DNA of 64,000 bases from Neocallimastix sp. 'constans' (GCA_050613775.1 JBODTK010000140.1:1-64000); one strand, 5' to 3'. Shown: positions 15,239 through 30,399, numbered from the stretch's first letter. The notes: generated by a model from the letters alone, not told the origin. Made by a program: numbers and translations.

Positions 15239-15624
15239 TATAAAATAAAAAATTTAAATATAAATATATATTATATATATATATATTTATAATGTAAATT
15301 ATTGATATTTAAATTAATAATTAACAAAAAAAAAAAAAATAAAAATAAAAATTAATAAATAAATAAATTTATTATTATTACTTTAATAATTATTAATTTA
15401 ATTTAATTAGGCCGTATATTTTTATAATTCAGAAGGAAGAGGACCATGTTCAATTATTGATTGTAATACTGAATATTTAACATTTAAATAATAATAATAA
15501 TAATAATAATAATAATTGTATTAATAAAAAAAAATTAATAATAAAGAAAAAAAAAAAGAATAATTAATAATAATAATAACAATTGTATTAATAAAAAAAA
15601 AAATTAATAATAAAGAAAAAAAAG

Positions 15625-15667
<43 letters not shown>

Positions 15668-17168
15668 TATATATATATATAATTATTAATATTCATATAA
15701 ATAATAATTACATATATATATTGATAGGTGAAAAATATCAACTTTTATGGTATAGAAATTATTTAGTTATTGTTTCCTATGATAAATTAAATAAATATAA
15801 AAATGCAGATGATAGTCAATTCAATAAACACGATCCAACTCAAAATGAAAAAACAATGAGTATTACTATTTATGATTTAAAGAATAAATATATTGCCTAT
15901 ACAGAGTCTTTCACTGAAGATTTTATTCGTGAAGATCAAAATGATATTAATTCTAAATTTGTAGAAAAAAAGGGTGCTATTCGTTGTATCTGTAGTGAAT
16001 GGGGTTCCTTGTTTATCTTTACAGGGGATAGAAAAATGTATCGTTTAGAGGAAATTGATCTTTCAACAAAGTTAGATATTTTATTTAAAAGAAATATGTA
16101 TACTTTAGCTATTAATATTGTCAATTCTCAGCAACAATATTCTAGTACAAACTCGAATCCAAATCTTAATCTAGAAGGAATATCAACCAAGGAAAATCAA
16201 GTAGTTCAAAATACTATTAATAATACTGAATATGATTATGGTACCTTGGTTGAAATTTATAAAAGATATGGAGATTGGCTTTATGAAAAAAGTGATTTTG
16301 ATAATGCAATGACACAATACTTACATACGATAGGTCAGTTGGAACCTTCCTATGTTATTAGAAAATTTTTAGATGCTCAAAGAATTCATAATTTAACTTC
16401 TTATCTACAAGCATTACATGAAGCTGGTCTGGCTAATTCCGATCATACAACACTTCTTCTTAATTGTTATACAAAATTAAAGAGTGAAGATTCTTTGGAT
16501 CAATTCATTAAATCAGAAAAGAATATTAACTTTGATGTTGATACCGCTATTAATGTTTGTAGACAAGCTGGTTATTTCGAGCATGCAATTTATTTGGCCG
16601 AAGCCTTTAAATATTATGATTTATATATTAATATTCAAGTAGAAGATCTTCATAATTATCATGATGTAATATCCTATATGAATAAATTACCCTTTAAAAT
16701 TGTAGAAAATAATATTAATAGGTATGGTATTAAACTTGTTACGAATATTCCAGAACATACAACTGAACTTTTAATTAAACTTTGTACTGGATGGGATGAT
16801 GAAAATGAAAAAGAATTTGAAGATGTTAATGAAGAAGGAATTAATAAAAATAATGGTCAATCTCTTTTATCTCATGTTGTTTCAAAATATAAAAATTCTA
16901 AAACAAATAATAGTAATAGCAATAATGGTAATAATAAGGAAACAAATGGAACTTCCACTGCTAAAATGGTAAATGAAGTTAATGAAACATCTATTAATAA
17001 TCAAGACATGACTTCCTTTATAATAAATAATGATAATTCAACAATAGATGGTAAGATGTGTAATTAATTAATATATATATATATATGAAAATGAAAATAG
17101 AAATGGAAAATAAAAATGGAAAATAGAAGTAGAAAATAAAAATAGAAATAGAAATAGAAATATTATAA

Positions 17169-17213
<45 letters not shown>

Positions 17214-17266
17214 AGTAATAATAAATTAAATAAATAAATAAATAAATTTAATATTAAGATGATAAA

Positions 17267-17321
<55 letters not shown>

Positions 17322-18113
17322 TAAATAAATAAATTTAGTATTAAAATGATAATAATAATAATAATAATAATAATTTAAATAAATAAATTATTGTAATGAT
17401 AAATAATTATATTTATATTTATTTTTATTCTTTATATATATATAATATGATTATTACTTAATAATAGATGAAAAATCAAAAATGTCTTTAAATCCAAATC
17501 AAACACATTTATCATCATTTCCACCATTCCAACCAGAAAATATAACTAATAATGGAATAAATATAATAGGATCAATTAATGCTGCAACAGCATTAAAGAA
17601 TGAAGAATCCTTCCAAATTAACGCAAGCTCCATTTCAAATATTAGTCATAGTTTCCAATCTCAAGTCAACTTCAATTTAGATGATGACCGTTTCAATAGA
17701 AATAATATTATTGATTTATCAACAACAATTTCTCCAAAATTAGAGGAAGAAAAACTTAAGGGAAATGCACAAGTAACTTTTGATGCCAGTAATAAACATG
17801 TATTAATGGCAAATGCTGAATCTTTTATTTATTTATATATTAATCAAAAGGAATGGTGTATTACCTTTTTGGAAACTGTTTTAGAAAAACGTTTAAATAG
17901 TGCTAATGAAAATTCAAATAATATCATTATTGAAGAAGATATGAATGATAATGATAATCAAATTATTTGGAATACTCTTTTAGAATTATATTTAAGTGGT
18001 ACTACTGAAATATTTAAAAAGGTTATTATTTATATTTATATATTTATATATCTTATAATATACATATATATATAATAAAAAGATAAAAATAACATATTAT
18101 TAAAATTATAAAA

Positions 18114-18184
<71 letters not shown>

Positions 18185-18796
18185 AAATATATAATATATA
18201 GAGTGAAGATTATACTGAAGATGATAGTATAATGAAATGGGAACCATTAGAAGGAAAAATAATGGATTTATTATGTAATCCAAAGGTAATTTAAAATCAA
18301 TTTAAATAAAGTATAAATATATATATATTAATAAATAAATAAATAAATAAATAACTCTAATATATATTTGTATGTATGTACTTTATATATATATATTAAT
18401 TTTAAAAATAGGCAAATTATGATATTGATCATGCTTTAGTATTATGTAAAGCTTATAATTTCCAAAAAGGTATTCTTTACCTTAGCGAAAAACTAAATTT
18501 GTAAGTTTTTAATACAAGAAATAATATATATTATTATTAATTATTATTATATATTTATTAATATATATTTAATAATATATATTTATATATCTTCATATAT
18601 TTATCTATATATTTATATCTCTATTTATATATTATATATATTATTTTTTTTTTTTTTAATTAAACTAGATATACTACTATAATACGAAACTATTTTGATA
18701 ATGAAAATTATGAAGAAATATTGTCCACATGTAATAAATATGGGTAATATATTTATATATGTGAAAGTTCAAATTTATTTTTATTTTTAATTTAAT

Positions 18797-18830
<34 letters not shown>

Positions 18831-19747
18831 ATCTATTAATAATAATATTTCATAAACTTTTTATCTCATATTATTATTATAACTATTACTATTTAATAAT
18901 AATTTAAATATAATAAATATATATATATATAAATATAATTATATAAATAAACTAAATATATTAAAATTTAGTGATCATGATCCAAGTCTTTGGGCATTAG
19001 CATTATCATATTTCGCTTCAAGAGATAATTGTATTCATACCTATTTAATTACAGTTCTTAATAAAATTGATGAGAAAAAAATATTATCACCTTTAGAAGT
19101 AATTCAAATTTTATCCAAAAATTCATCAGTTACGATAGGAACAGTAAAAGATTATATTTGTAGAAATATTAGTGAATTAAAAGAAATTGAAGAGGTATAT
19201 ACTATTAATAATAACTAATTATAATAATTTATACATAATTATAATTAAATATTAAATATACTATTATAATTATAATAAATAATAAATAAAATATATATAT
19301 ATATAGAATCAAACTATTATAAATAATTATAAAAAAGATACAGAAGCAATGAGACAACAAATTGATAATTTAAAGAATGGGTATATAAATGAATTTAAAT
19401 TAAATTTTAAAAAAAAAAAAAAAAAAAAAAAAATTAATTTTGAGATTAATAATTTTTTTTTTTTTTAATATTTATTAAAATAAAAAAAATGAATATATAA
19501 AGTGATGTTATATTCCAAGTATCAAAATGTGAAGCTTGTGGTCGTCAATTAGAATTACCAACAATTCATTTCCTCTGTAAACATTCCTATCATTTAAGAT
19601 GTCTTGGTGAAAATGATCATACTTGTCCAAAATGTGCTCCAGAGCATAAAATGATTATCGATGCCATTAAATTACAAGAATCTAATATTGTAAATCAAGA
19701 CATTTTGGATCAACAGGTAAAGTTTTTTTTTTTTTTTTTTTTTTTAA

Positions 19748-19793
<46 letters not shown>

Positions 19794-20041
19794 CAATAAT
19801 AATAATAATAATAATAATAATGACGATGATGATGATGATGATTTTAATAATAATAATGTTATATAATTTATTATTATATAATTATATTTACTATCCCGCT
19901 ATTATTATTAATGTTATTAATACTTTTTTTTTTATATATATATATATATATATATAGTTGGAAACTTCAAATGATCATTTTGACACTATTACATCTTACT
20001 TTTCAAAGAATCCATTCTTTTCTATGAACTCAGGCTATTAA
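12751..20041 (+). CDS. VPS11: Vacuolar protein sorting 11 (Vps11/Pep5; HOPS/CORVET core subunit), ~1165 aa, 17 exons
   Basis: N-terminal WRQFNFF, beta-propeller, EPSYVIRKFLDAQRIHNLTSYLQALH clathrin-type repeat, C-terminal RING (CEAC..LELPTIHFLCKHSYHLRC..CPKC). Exons 12751-12849, 13336-13387, 13764-13888, 14116-14235, 14497-14641, 14813-14907, 15060-15149, 15411-15462, 15728-17050, 17468-18021, 18202-18285, 18412-18500, 18669-18743, 18972-19194, 19307-19380, 19503-19716, 19958-20041 sum to 3498 nt in frame. Confidence 0.95.
13388..13763 (+). other. U12-type (minor spliceosome) AT-AC intron, VPS11 intron 2
   Basis: 5' site ATATCCTTT, branch-like GTCTTTAAC at 13745-13753, terminal AC at 13762-13763. 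Removal restores the conserved LIFGD-SAG frame. Confidence 0.92.
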
Positions 20042-20603
20042 ATATTAAAATAATAAATAATAAATAATAAATAATAAATAATAAATAATAAATAATAAAT
20101 AATAAATAATAAATAATAAATAATAATAATAAATCATAAAATTAAAAATGAAAATTAATCGTTTAATTAATTAAGAAAAAAGAAATTAAAATAAAATTAA
20201 AACTTTTATTGTAAATAAAAAATAAAATAAAAATGAAATAAATAAAATATAATTAAATTTAAAAAAAATAAATAAAAAAAAATAAAATTAAAATTAAAAA
20301 TAAAAAATTTAAAAATATAAAGAAATAAAAAAAATAAAATTTTATCATATTATTTAAGAATACAATAATATATATTATATATTGTATATATATATATAAA
20401 AATAAATAAAAATAATAATTTATAGAAAAATAAATAATTATTAAAATCAATATAAATATAATTAAACTATATTAAACATATCTTTAAAAAAATAAAAAAA
20501 TAAAAAAATGAAATAAAATAAAATATCGACCTATATATATATAAACATTTATTAATTGTATTTATTATATAATTATATTTTTCTTATATTTTTATTTTAA
20601 ATA

Positions 20604-20634
<31 letters not shown>

Positions 20635-20670
20635 TGTTATAAAATAATTAAGAGTTGACCATTATATATA

Positions 20671-20705
<35 letters not shown>

Positions 20706-21500
20706 TACTATTTAATTAATAAAAATAATAATAATAATAATAATAATAATTAATAATAATAATAAAATAAATAATAATAAAAAAAATTTTTTTTTTAATA
20801 AAATAAAGTAGAAAAATGTGGGTGTGGTATCTCCTTCAAACTAAAAGAGAAATAATATTTAGGAGGAGAATTGATTTCTCTCGATTTTTAGTTGGAGTTG
20901 AAAATGGAAATTTTTTTTTTTTTTTTTTTCTATTAAAACCTTAATCTTTAATAAAAAAAAAAAATACAAAAAAATAAATAAATAAATAAATGGAATAAAT
21001 AGATAAATGGATAATTTTAATTTAATTTATATTTAATAAATATTAAATTTTATTTTTAAATCTAAAATATAAAAAAAAAATAATAATAAATAAGATTATA
21101 TATTAATCATATAATTTTATTAATATTTAATTTATACAATAAAAAAAAAAAAATAAAATAAAATAAAATAAAAAAATAAAAAAAAAATAAATTATTAAAA
21201 TATTTTGAGGTAGTACAACACAAAAAAAAAATAAATAAATAAATAAATAAATAAAATAAATTATTTTTTAAGCTTATTCTTTATTTTTAAATTTTATTAT
21301 TTAATTTTATTATTAGATATTTTTTTATTATGATATTTTAATTTTTTAATTTTTTTAATGATTAATTTTTTTTTAATTATAATATTTTTTTTTATCATTC
21401 TTTCTATATATATATATATAAATATATTATTATATATATATATATTTTTCCTTATTTTATTTCTAATATATAATTATTTTTATAGATTATCTTTTTTAAT

Positions 21501-22683
21501 TTAAATTGGATCAACGAAATCATCAGCGTAACCAGTAGAATGAACAAGATTCTTAATCCAAATTCTGTCACCAGTACCCTTGGCATCTTGGAAATCAATA
21601 CGATCAAATTTTTCAAAGTCTACATCTAAGATGTAGGTTTTGAAAGTATCGCTTGGATCAATGGTTGCAACATTAAACTTCTCATCATCATCACTGTTTT
21701 CAACTAAGATATTCACCTTTCCTTCACTCTTCATATCAAAACGAATAGAACCTCCTCTGAAGTAGCTATTTAACCTCTTAAGGGAAAGAGCACCGTATTC
21801 ACCACTTTCTGGGATAATAAGCATAGCACCACCAGAGTATGAAATTCTACATCCCCAACCTCAGTTATCATAACCACTTGGCATACTGCTAACAGACTTA
21901 AAGATGGTAGTGTATACAGCTCTAGAGACTGGCTTTCTAGTAGTAACTGGTGGAACGTATGAAGTATCAATTGGATCAACAAAATCAGAAGCAGAACCAG
22001 TAGAATATATAAGGTATCTAATGTAGAATGGATCACCATTACCAGAACCATCTTCGAGGGTAATACGATCGAATGAATATGGGAAATCATTAACATCAAT
22101 ATCAAACTTGTAGGTTCTAAAGTCACTGTCATCACCATTAGTATTACCAATTAATATATTTTCTTTTTCATCAGTACTTTCAACTCTAACATTAACTCTA
22201 CCAGTTGATTTAACATCAAAACGAATTGAACCACCTTTTCCATAATCTTTTCTCATATTCTTTATTGAAACTGCACCATAGGATCTTGGATCAGCAACCA
22301 CTTTCATGGCATTATCTTTGAAAGTTAATTGAGAATCCCAACCCCAATTTTCATAACCAGATTCTAACTTATTTTCAGCTTTGTAAATAACTGAATAGGT
22401 AGCTCTTCTTGCAACAGTAGTAGTTCTTCTAGTAGTTGTCGTGGTTCTTCTAGTAGTTGTAGTGGTTTTTCTTGCTGTAGTTATGACAACCGAATTGTCA
22501 AGACCACACCATTCACCATTTTCAGTACCCCATTTTCCATCAGAATCAGTATATTCTACTTTAGTAGTAGTTGTACAACATGGAAATCCAAGTTTTTCAC
22601 TCCAGCAAGTCTTTGGAACAGGCTTATCTTCAACAATACCACACCATTCATTATTTACAACGCCCCTTTAATATTTATATTTT

Positions 22684-22732
<49 letters not shown>

Positions 22733-23254
22733 CATAATTATCACTTTATATATATTTTCCATCTTTTTAATCTAAATTTTGAATTTCTTTATACACTTAC
22801 CAAGAACCAGAATTGTCAACAAATTCAGCTTTAGTACCAGGTGGACAACAGTTGTATCCTTGAGATTCAGCCCAACATGAACTACCTGGTTCCTCTTTTG
22901 GAATACCACACCAGTTACCATTTTCTATTCCCCTTTAATAATAATTAAATTAACTTGTTAATATCTTTTTAAAACACTAACTTTTATCTTTAAATTAAAT
23001 TTTACCTATTTATATATAAATATATATAACATTTACCATTGTCCATCAGAATCTTCAGAAACGACAATAGTAGTCTCCTTACAACATGAATATCCTAAAA
23101 TTTTATTTTAATATAAATAAATATTATTATTAAAATTTCAACATCAAAGTATTATATTATCTATTAAATTTTGTAAATTACCCTTTGATTCAGACCAACA
23201 GGCTGCACATGCAGAAGTAATGAATAAAGCGGAAACACCGAGTTTCATTAACAT
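21501..23254 (-). CDS. NCP1: Cellulosomal non-catalytic protein NCP1-like: signal peptide, 3 fungal dockerins (CBM10-like), Thr/Arg linker, 2 x CBM29; in-frame TGA at 21861-21863
   Basis: Exons 23254-23182, 23094-23037, 22932-22801, 22665-21501. Three CW....GY/F.CC...WG..N..WCG dockerins. Two modules closely match Piromyces equi CBM29-1/-2 as recalled ([47 protein letters not shown]). Confidence 0.9.
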
Positions 23255-23784
23255 TTTCTATAATATGATTAATTGAATATTAATTAATTAATTCTATATA
23301 TTTTTAATCAGTTCATTAAAATTATTTATTTATTATTCTTTAGTTTTAAAATTACTACCTTTTATTTTTTTTATTTCTTCTTTTTTTTTTTTTTTTTTTT
23401 TTGTTTTTTTTGTTTTTTTTGTTTGTTCAAATATTTATTGACCAGCAATTAATATAATATAAATAAATTTATATTATTTTTTATTTAAAACTTTTTTGAA
23501 AATAAAAATGAAAGAAAATGTAATCTTTATATATAATTTTTTTTTAAAAAAAAAATATTAAAATAAAATAAAAATATTCTTATTTAGTTCAATTAAATTT
23601 TCCTTTGTTATTTAAGGCTCATAAATATGAATCATAATAGTTAATAAGTTAATACAATATATTATATAAAAGTTTTAATTTATTTTTTATCAATATAATA
23701 AAAAAAAAAAAAAAAAAACTTTTTTAATTAAAATTCTATCATTGAAACTTTAATTCATAATAAATATATTAAAAAATTAATTCT

Positions 23785-23990
23785 TAAATAATTATTGTTG
23801 TATTGATACAAAAAAAAAAATATTATATTGTAAATAAATTATTAAAAGAATTTATTCTAAAAGATAATAAAATATTAAAATTCAAATAATTATTGTTGTA
23901 TTGATACAAAAAAAATATATATATATATTATTATATTGTATATAAATTATTAAAAAGATTTATTCTAAAAGATAATAAAATATTAAAAAA
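23785..23990. repeat. Tandem duplication, ~100-bp unit x2
   Basis: AAATAATTATTGTTGTATTGATACAAAA...TTTATTCTAAAAGATAATAAAATATTAAAA occurs twice. Confidence 0.8.
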
Positions 23991-25064
23991 ATTCATATAT
24001 TTTCATTGTTATTAACTTCGTATTGTACACTACATTGGACGTCATATTTTATATATATTTTTATATTAAAAAAAATAAAAAAAAAAACTTATTTTTATAA
24101 TTATTTTTATTAAATTTTTCTTTTATTAGAAAGTATTTCATTTCACAATGTGGTCTTTTATTAATTATTGCGTCCTTTATATTATTTTCATTTTTCTAAT
24201 ATAGAATATTATCTATATTTATTTATGGCGGAAAATTACTTTATTATTAAAAAACCACATTGCAAAATGTAACATTGCAAAATGCAACAAATTCTTTTTA
24301 TTAAAATTAATATATAAAAAAATTCATTATTTATTAAAATATTTTATTATTATTTTTATATATCACAAGTCATTTCATTTATTGTTAAATAATAATAAAT
24401 ATATATTTATATTATATTAAAATAAATACATCAATTTAATATATATATATAAATATAATTAAAAGTTTAAACACATTTATTTATTAATCTTCATGCATCA
24501 TCCTAGAAAATATATTACTAAATTAAAATAATATATAAATTTTTTTGAAATTAGTAAAATTTCTTATATATCCATAATTCCCGAATTGAAATTTAATATA
24601 ATATATAGAATTCTTTTTTTTTTTTTTTTTTTTTTAGAGTATTTAATTATTTAATATAATATTCCTTTTTAAAGTAAGTGGTAAAATATAAAGTAAATAA
24701 TATATTATAAAAGTTAAAATTATATTTTATTTGTAATATATTTAAATTGGAAACAAATGACTTTTTAAAAATTTATTATGATTATATATCTAAGTAATAG
24801 TAATTATAAGTATAAAATAAGTTTCATAAACAATCCTTAAATATTAATTTTAAACTAATGATTTAATTTTAATATAACATAATGAATAAGAAAAAAAATG
24901 TTCCATTATATTTATTAAATAATGAAAACACTTTATAATTAAGTTCGAATTTAAAACTTAATTTATAGAAAATATATTAACTAAATTTAATTTGTGATAA
25001 TATGAATCGGGGCGAATGAAATAAAATAAAAAAAAAAAATTGCAACATTATACAATAATGAATA

Positions 25065-25335
25065 CTATTTAAGATTTATTAAAAGTGGAAAAAAAAAAAA
25101 ACTTGAAATTTTTTATTTGTTTTATTTTTTCTTTTCTACTATAATAATTATTTTTATAATAATATATTTAAGATTTATTAAAAATGGAAAAAAAAAAAAA
25201 AACTTGAAAATTTTAACTTTTTCTTTTCTACTATTATAATTATTTTTATATTAATATATTTAAGATTTATTGAAAGTGGAAAAAAAAACAAAACCTTGAA
25301 AATTTTAATTTTTTCTTTTCTACTATTTTTATAAT
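25065..25335. repeat. Tandem repeat, ~95-bp unit x3
   Basis: TATTTAAGATTTATT.AAA.TGGAAAAA...CTTGAAA...CTTTTCTACTAT repeated three times. Confidence 0.8.
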
Positions 25336-26359
25336 ATAACAAAGTACTTTTATATATTTTTATTAAAGCACTGGTCATACAATATATATTAAAAGATCAT
25401 TATAATTTGTAATAATTATATAAAAAAAAATTATCAAATTATAAACCTTCATCTGATGTATATATACTATGCATATATATTATATATAGTATACATATAT
25501 ACATTCGTTTTACTTCTTTAGATTAACAATCAAATTCATTTTACATTTTTATATTTTATTACAATATAAAAATAATTATTAAGGAGTTTCTTTAAATAAA
25601 GAATAAATTTCAGATTTTAACTTTAGTTAATTTATCCAAAATTTTAGTTATATAGTTAGTTTCTTTTTTTCTTTTTTTTTTTTTTTTAAAAAAAAAATTG
25701 ATAATAGTATTAAATTTATTAATTACTAGTGTTTATGAAAAAATATTATGTATATCATTTAGGCTTTATTCTCTTTTACTAAAACTATGAAAAAAAATAT
25801 TTCTATGTGTCTTATTTAATAAAACTGTTGAAATACTTTCAACAATTCAATACAATAAAAATATATTTAAAATAATATTATATATTGATAAGAAAAATCA
25901 ATATTAATATAAAAATAGAAATTTTGACTCATTCGTATTTTTTTTTTTAATTATTATTATTATTATTATTCAATAATATTTAATTAATGAAAAAAAATAT
26001 TATGAAATAAAGTATATTTATTTATTATACTGTATAATCATTGATTAAAGAATTAAAATATTAATTTTAATGTTAAATATTTTTAATTAATTATTTTATT
26101 AATATAATTATATTAATACATTACAATATTAAGATTCATGTTATATATATATTTATCAAAATTATACTACTTTTTTTTTTTTTTTTACCTTAATTGTAAA
26201 TTATAGTTGAAATTTAATAAATAAAATTCATAATAATTATTAAATAAATAAAAAATATTATTATTAACAAAATCAATGATTTTTTTCTCTTACATAATTA
26301 ACGTATTTCTTTTTAAATTTGTTCTATTATTTATTTTTTATATATAATTTTAATATTTT

Positions 26360-26390
<31 letters not shown>

Positions 26391-26774
26391 TTAAAAAAAT
26401 AAATTACAATTTTTTTGATAAATAAATTATATTTAAATTTGAAATATGTAATAAAAAATTAAATGGTCAATATTATTTAATTACTAAAAATATCTTAAAA
26501 TATTTTTAAAATAGATTTAAAAGAAAATTAATAAAATCATATCTTGAATATGATTTTATTATATTAATGATATATAAAAGTAATATATATAGTTATTGTA
26601 TAAAATTTAAAAATGAATGAGTGAATAAACAATTTATACTTAACGCATTTTTCAGAATATATGGTGAAGTATATTTATTTAAGCTTTCATCATAAATTAA
26701 AGTGATAAAATATTCTATTAATAAAGCAAAAATTGATACTTTTATTTTATTTTATTATTTTATTTTTTTATTTT

Positions 26775-27062
26775 TTATTTCTTTTTATTTTATTAAATTT
26801 AGTATTAATTTATTTGAATAATTCAAATCTTTTATTTCTTTTTATTTTAAATTTAGTATTAATTTATTTGAATAATTCAAATCTTTTATTTCATTTTATT
26901 TTATTAAATTTAGTATTAATTTATTTGAATAACTCAAATCTTTTATTTCATTTTATTTTATTAAATTTAGTATTAATTTATTTGAATAACTCAAATCTTT
27001 TATTTCATTTTATTTTATTAAATTTAGTATTAATTTATTCGAATAATTCAAATCTTTTATTT
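26775..27062. repeat. Minisatellite, 57-bp unit x~5
   Basis: TTTCATTTTATTTTATTAAATTTAGTATTAATTTATTTGAATAACTCAAATCTTTTA units; these explain the 19-aa periodicity of ORF 26733..27080. Confidence 0.9.
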
Positions 27063-27120
27063 ATTCTTTATTTTCTCTAAATATGCAAATATCATTTTTT
27101 AACAATTTAAAATATAAAAA

Positions 27121-27170
<50 letters not shown>

Positions 27171-29191
27171 AATAAATAAATAAATAATAAATAAAATTAA
27201 TAATTTAATTAACAAATTTATATTTAAAGTTTTATTATGATAATTCATTTATTTTGTTTAGTTTAATTTTTTACTAGGTTTGTCACAAACGAAGAAATAC
27301 CAAATAAACAAAATGCATATGAATACATAATGCAAAAATTTAAACAATATCTTTAATATATATTAACAATAATTAATTATTTAGTCATATTTATATAATA
27401 AAAAAATCTCTGAAAAAAAAAATACAAAATTATGTAGTTTTCAATTTATTAATTATATAAATTATTACTTTATAATTTATAAATTTATTAAACTGACCAT
27501 TGAAAGTATATTAATTAATAAAACATGTATTATATATGTCAAATTCAAAATTACTTTTATATTAAATTTTGTCAAATAGGGAAATTTTAAATGAATTAGT
27601 CAGAGATTAAATTTTAAATAATTTTAAAGTTATATGGGACATTTTTCATTGCATTGTATATTTATTATTATAATTTTATTATTTAAATAATATTTATTAT
27701 TATTTTAATGATAAAGTTTTATATTAATAAATACTATAATTAAAAAATAAATTTTTATAAAAATAGAAAAGTACAGCATATATTATTGCTGAACAAACAT
27801 TTAATAATATCTATTTATTAATACCATTAATATCATATAATTATGTATATAATATATATAAGAATAAAAATCAATATTTAGAAATATTTTTTCAAGTAAT
27901 ACTAAAAAAAAATATCAATTTATTTAGATGATATTAGGAAAAAGATGTTAAATTATTAGATCAAAAAAAAAAAAAAAAAAAAATTATAAATTATATATAT
28001 ATTATTGTATATAAAAAATATTTTATCAATTATTATAAGTATGAGATATATATATAATTTTTTAATTATTTAAATATTTAAATATCATTATTTTGATGAA
28101 GTAATAATTATATTTCTTTTTAATATGGTATTACTTTTTAATAATCATTAATTTTTTTTTTTTTTTTTTTTGAATATATAGTATGTCATCTTTAATTCAT
28201 CATTTCATATATTTTTTTAATAATATTTTATATTAATATTTCATTTTTTCAACAATTTATAAATAGTTGTTATTAAGGTTTACTTTTATTATCAATTATT
28301 AAATCACTCAATTCTTTTCATAACGTTTAATAATATATTTTTACTTATTTTAGGATTCAATATAATATTATAACATTAGAAAAAATAAAACATTTTTAAA
28401 AAAAAAAATAATAATTTATTGAATTATTCATTTTATAAATTATATTAAATATATTTTAAAAATAAAATAAAAAAAAAAATTATAATAAATTGAATATATA
28501 ATATATTAATATATACATTTCTCATCTTCATTTTTTTTTTACAAAAAACATTGGATTGTTAATACAAATTGAATATTTATTAATAAAAATATTAAAATTA
28601 TTAAAATTATTGAATTATAAATTAAATAATTTCATTTGAATAATAATTTGTATATTTATAATTAAGAAATTATGGTTAATTAATAAGAAATTATGGTAAT
28701 AATATATATATAAATAAATATATATATATTTTTATTTTTTTAAGAAATTATGATAATAATAATAATATATATATATATATATATTTTAATTATTATGGTT
28801 ATTTATTAAGAAATTATGGTAGTAATAATAATAATAATTATATATATATATACTATTATTATTTTTTTTTTAAAGATAGAAATTGTTATTTTTATTTTTC
28901 ATATAATACATATAATTTCTTCTAGTATTTTAAATATTCAAAATCTAAAATTTTGAATTCTAATAATAATTTTTACTTGTAAATCTTTAAAATAAACTAC
29001 TATTACAATAATACTTTCAAATATTTTCATTAATATTTAATATTAAATATAATCTAAATAACTAAAAATAATTAATCATCATCATAAAGTGTTAGTAATA
29101 AACACAATTTATTATTTTTTATATTTACTAAATAAACAATTATCTGGGTTGTATTGAATTAATCCAATCTTCTTAAGAAAACCAGAGATTT

Positions 29192-29229
<38 letters not shown>

Positions 29230-29824
29230 TCATATTTTTACTATTTAATAGGTAAATTTTTTATAATCATAGTTTTTTTTTTTATTAAGTATGAAGAATT
29301 ACATAAATTTAATATTAACACCTATTAAATTTATTATATATAATAATAATGTATTACTATTTTACTGTTTTTTTTTTTTTTTTCATATGAAATAAATTTA
29401 TAAAATAATTGTTTATATATTAACATGTTTTTCATTTATTCAAAATTTTAATTTTTTTTTTTTTTTTTTTAATTTATATATAATTACTATGTTTTATAAA
29501 ATTCAAAAAAAATTTTTTTTTTTAATATATGAATATTAAAATTTTAATTAGTGAAGATATTTATATATTTAAAAATTAAAAATAAAAAAATTACCATATG
29601 CCAATCATTCTTCTTTAAATGTTAATGATTGGTTATAAATATTTTATAAAAAAACAAATAATTAAAATTTATGTTGGAATTAAATTGATATATCATTAAT
29701 AGAATATATTATTTATATATTTAATATTATTTGTATATATATATAGTAATATAGATGGTATAGTTTTAATACTATAAATATAATATCTATATATATTATT
29801 GATATATAATATCAATTTTAATTT

Positions 29825-29861
<37 letters not shown>

Positions 29862-30399
29862 ATTAAGCTTACTCATTAAAAAAATTATTATTTCTCTTAT
29901 ACATAAAAAAAAAAAAAAAAAAGAAAAAAAGAAAAAATTATACTTGTTTTAAGAGAGAAAAATACATACTTAATCGAAATGTTATAATAAAAAATTATTT
30001 TTTTTTATATTTTTATTTAATTATTTATTCTTACTTTTAATATTTTTTTTTTATTTATTATATTCTCATAATTTAATAAACTTTATGATACCAAATAATT
30101 ATAGAAAATAGAATAATATAACATTACAATTAAATTAAATTATATTAATTAACATAGAATTATCATTTTCATTGAATTTTTTATTTCCTTAATATATACT
30201 TTAAAATTATTTATTATACTTTCATATTATCTTATTATAATTTTATTTATTTGAAATTTAAAATATTTATATATTTATATTCTTTTTTATTTTTTTTTTT
30301 TTCTTCATTTCATAAAACAAATATATTTAATTTTATTTCTTATTTCTAAATAATAATAGTAATAATAATAATAATAATATAATAAAACTACTAACAAAA

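Noticed and set aside
21770..22671. Alternative-frame or antisense ORFs over NCP1 (also those inside PL4, SND1, the RRM gene and copia)
   Set aside because: Shadow ORFs of real coding exons with no independent motifs.
26733..27080. ORF with 19-aa repeats, or a CRISPR-like array
   Set aside because: 57-bp minisatellite with no unique spacers and no cas genes; the context is eukaryotic.
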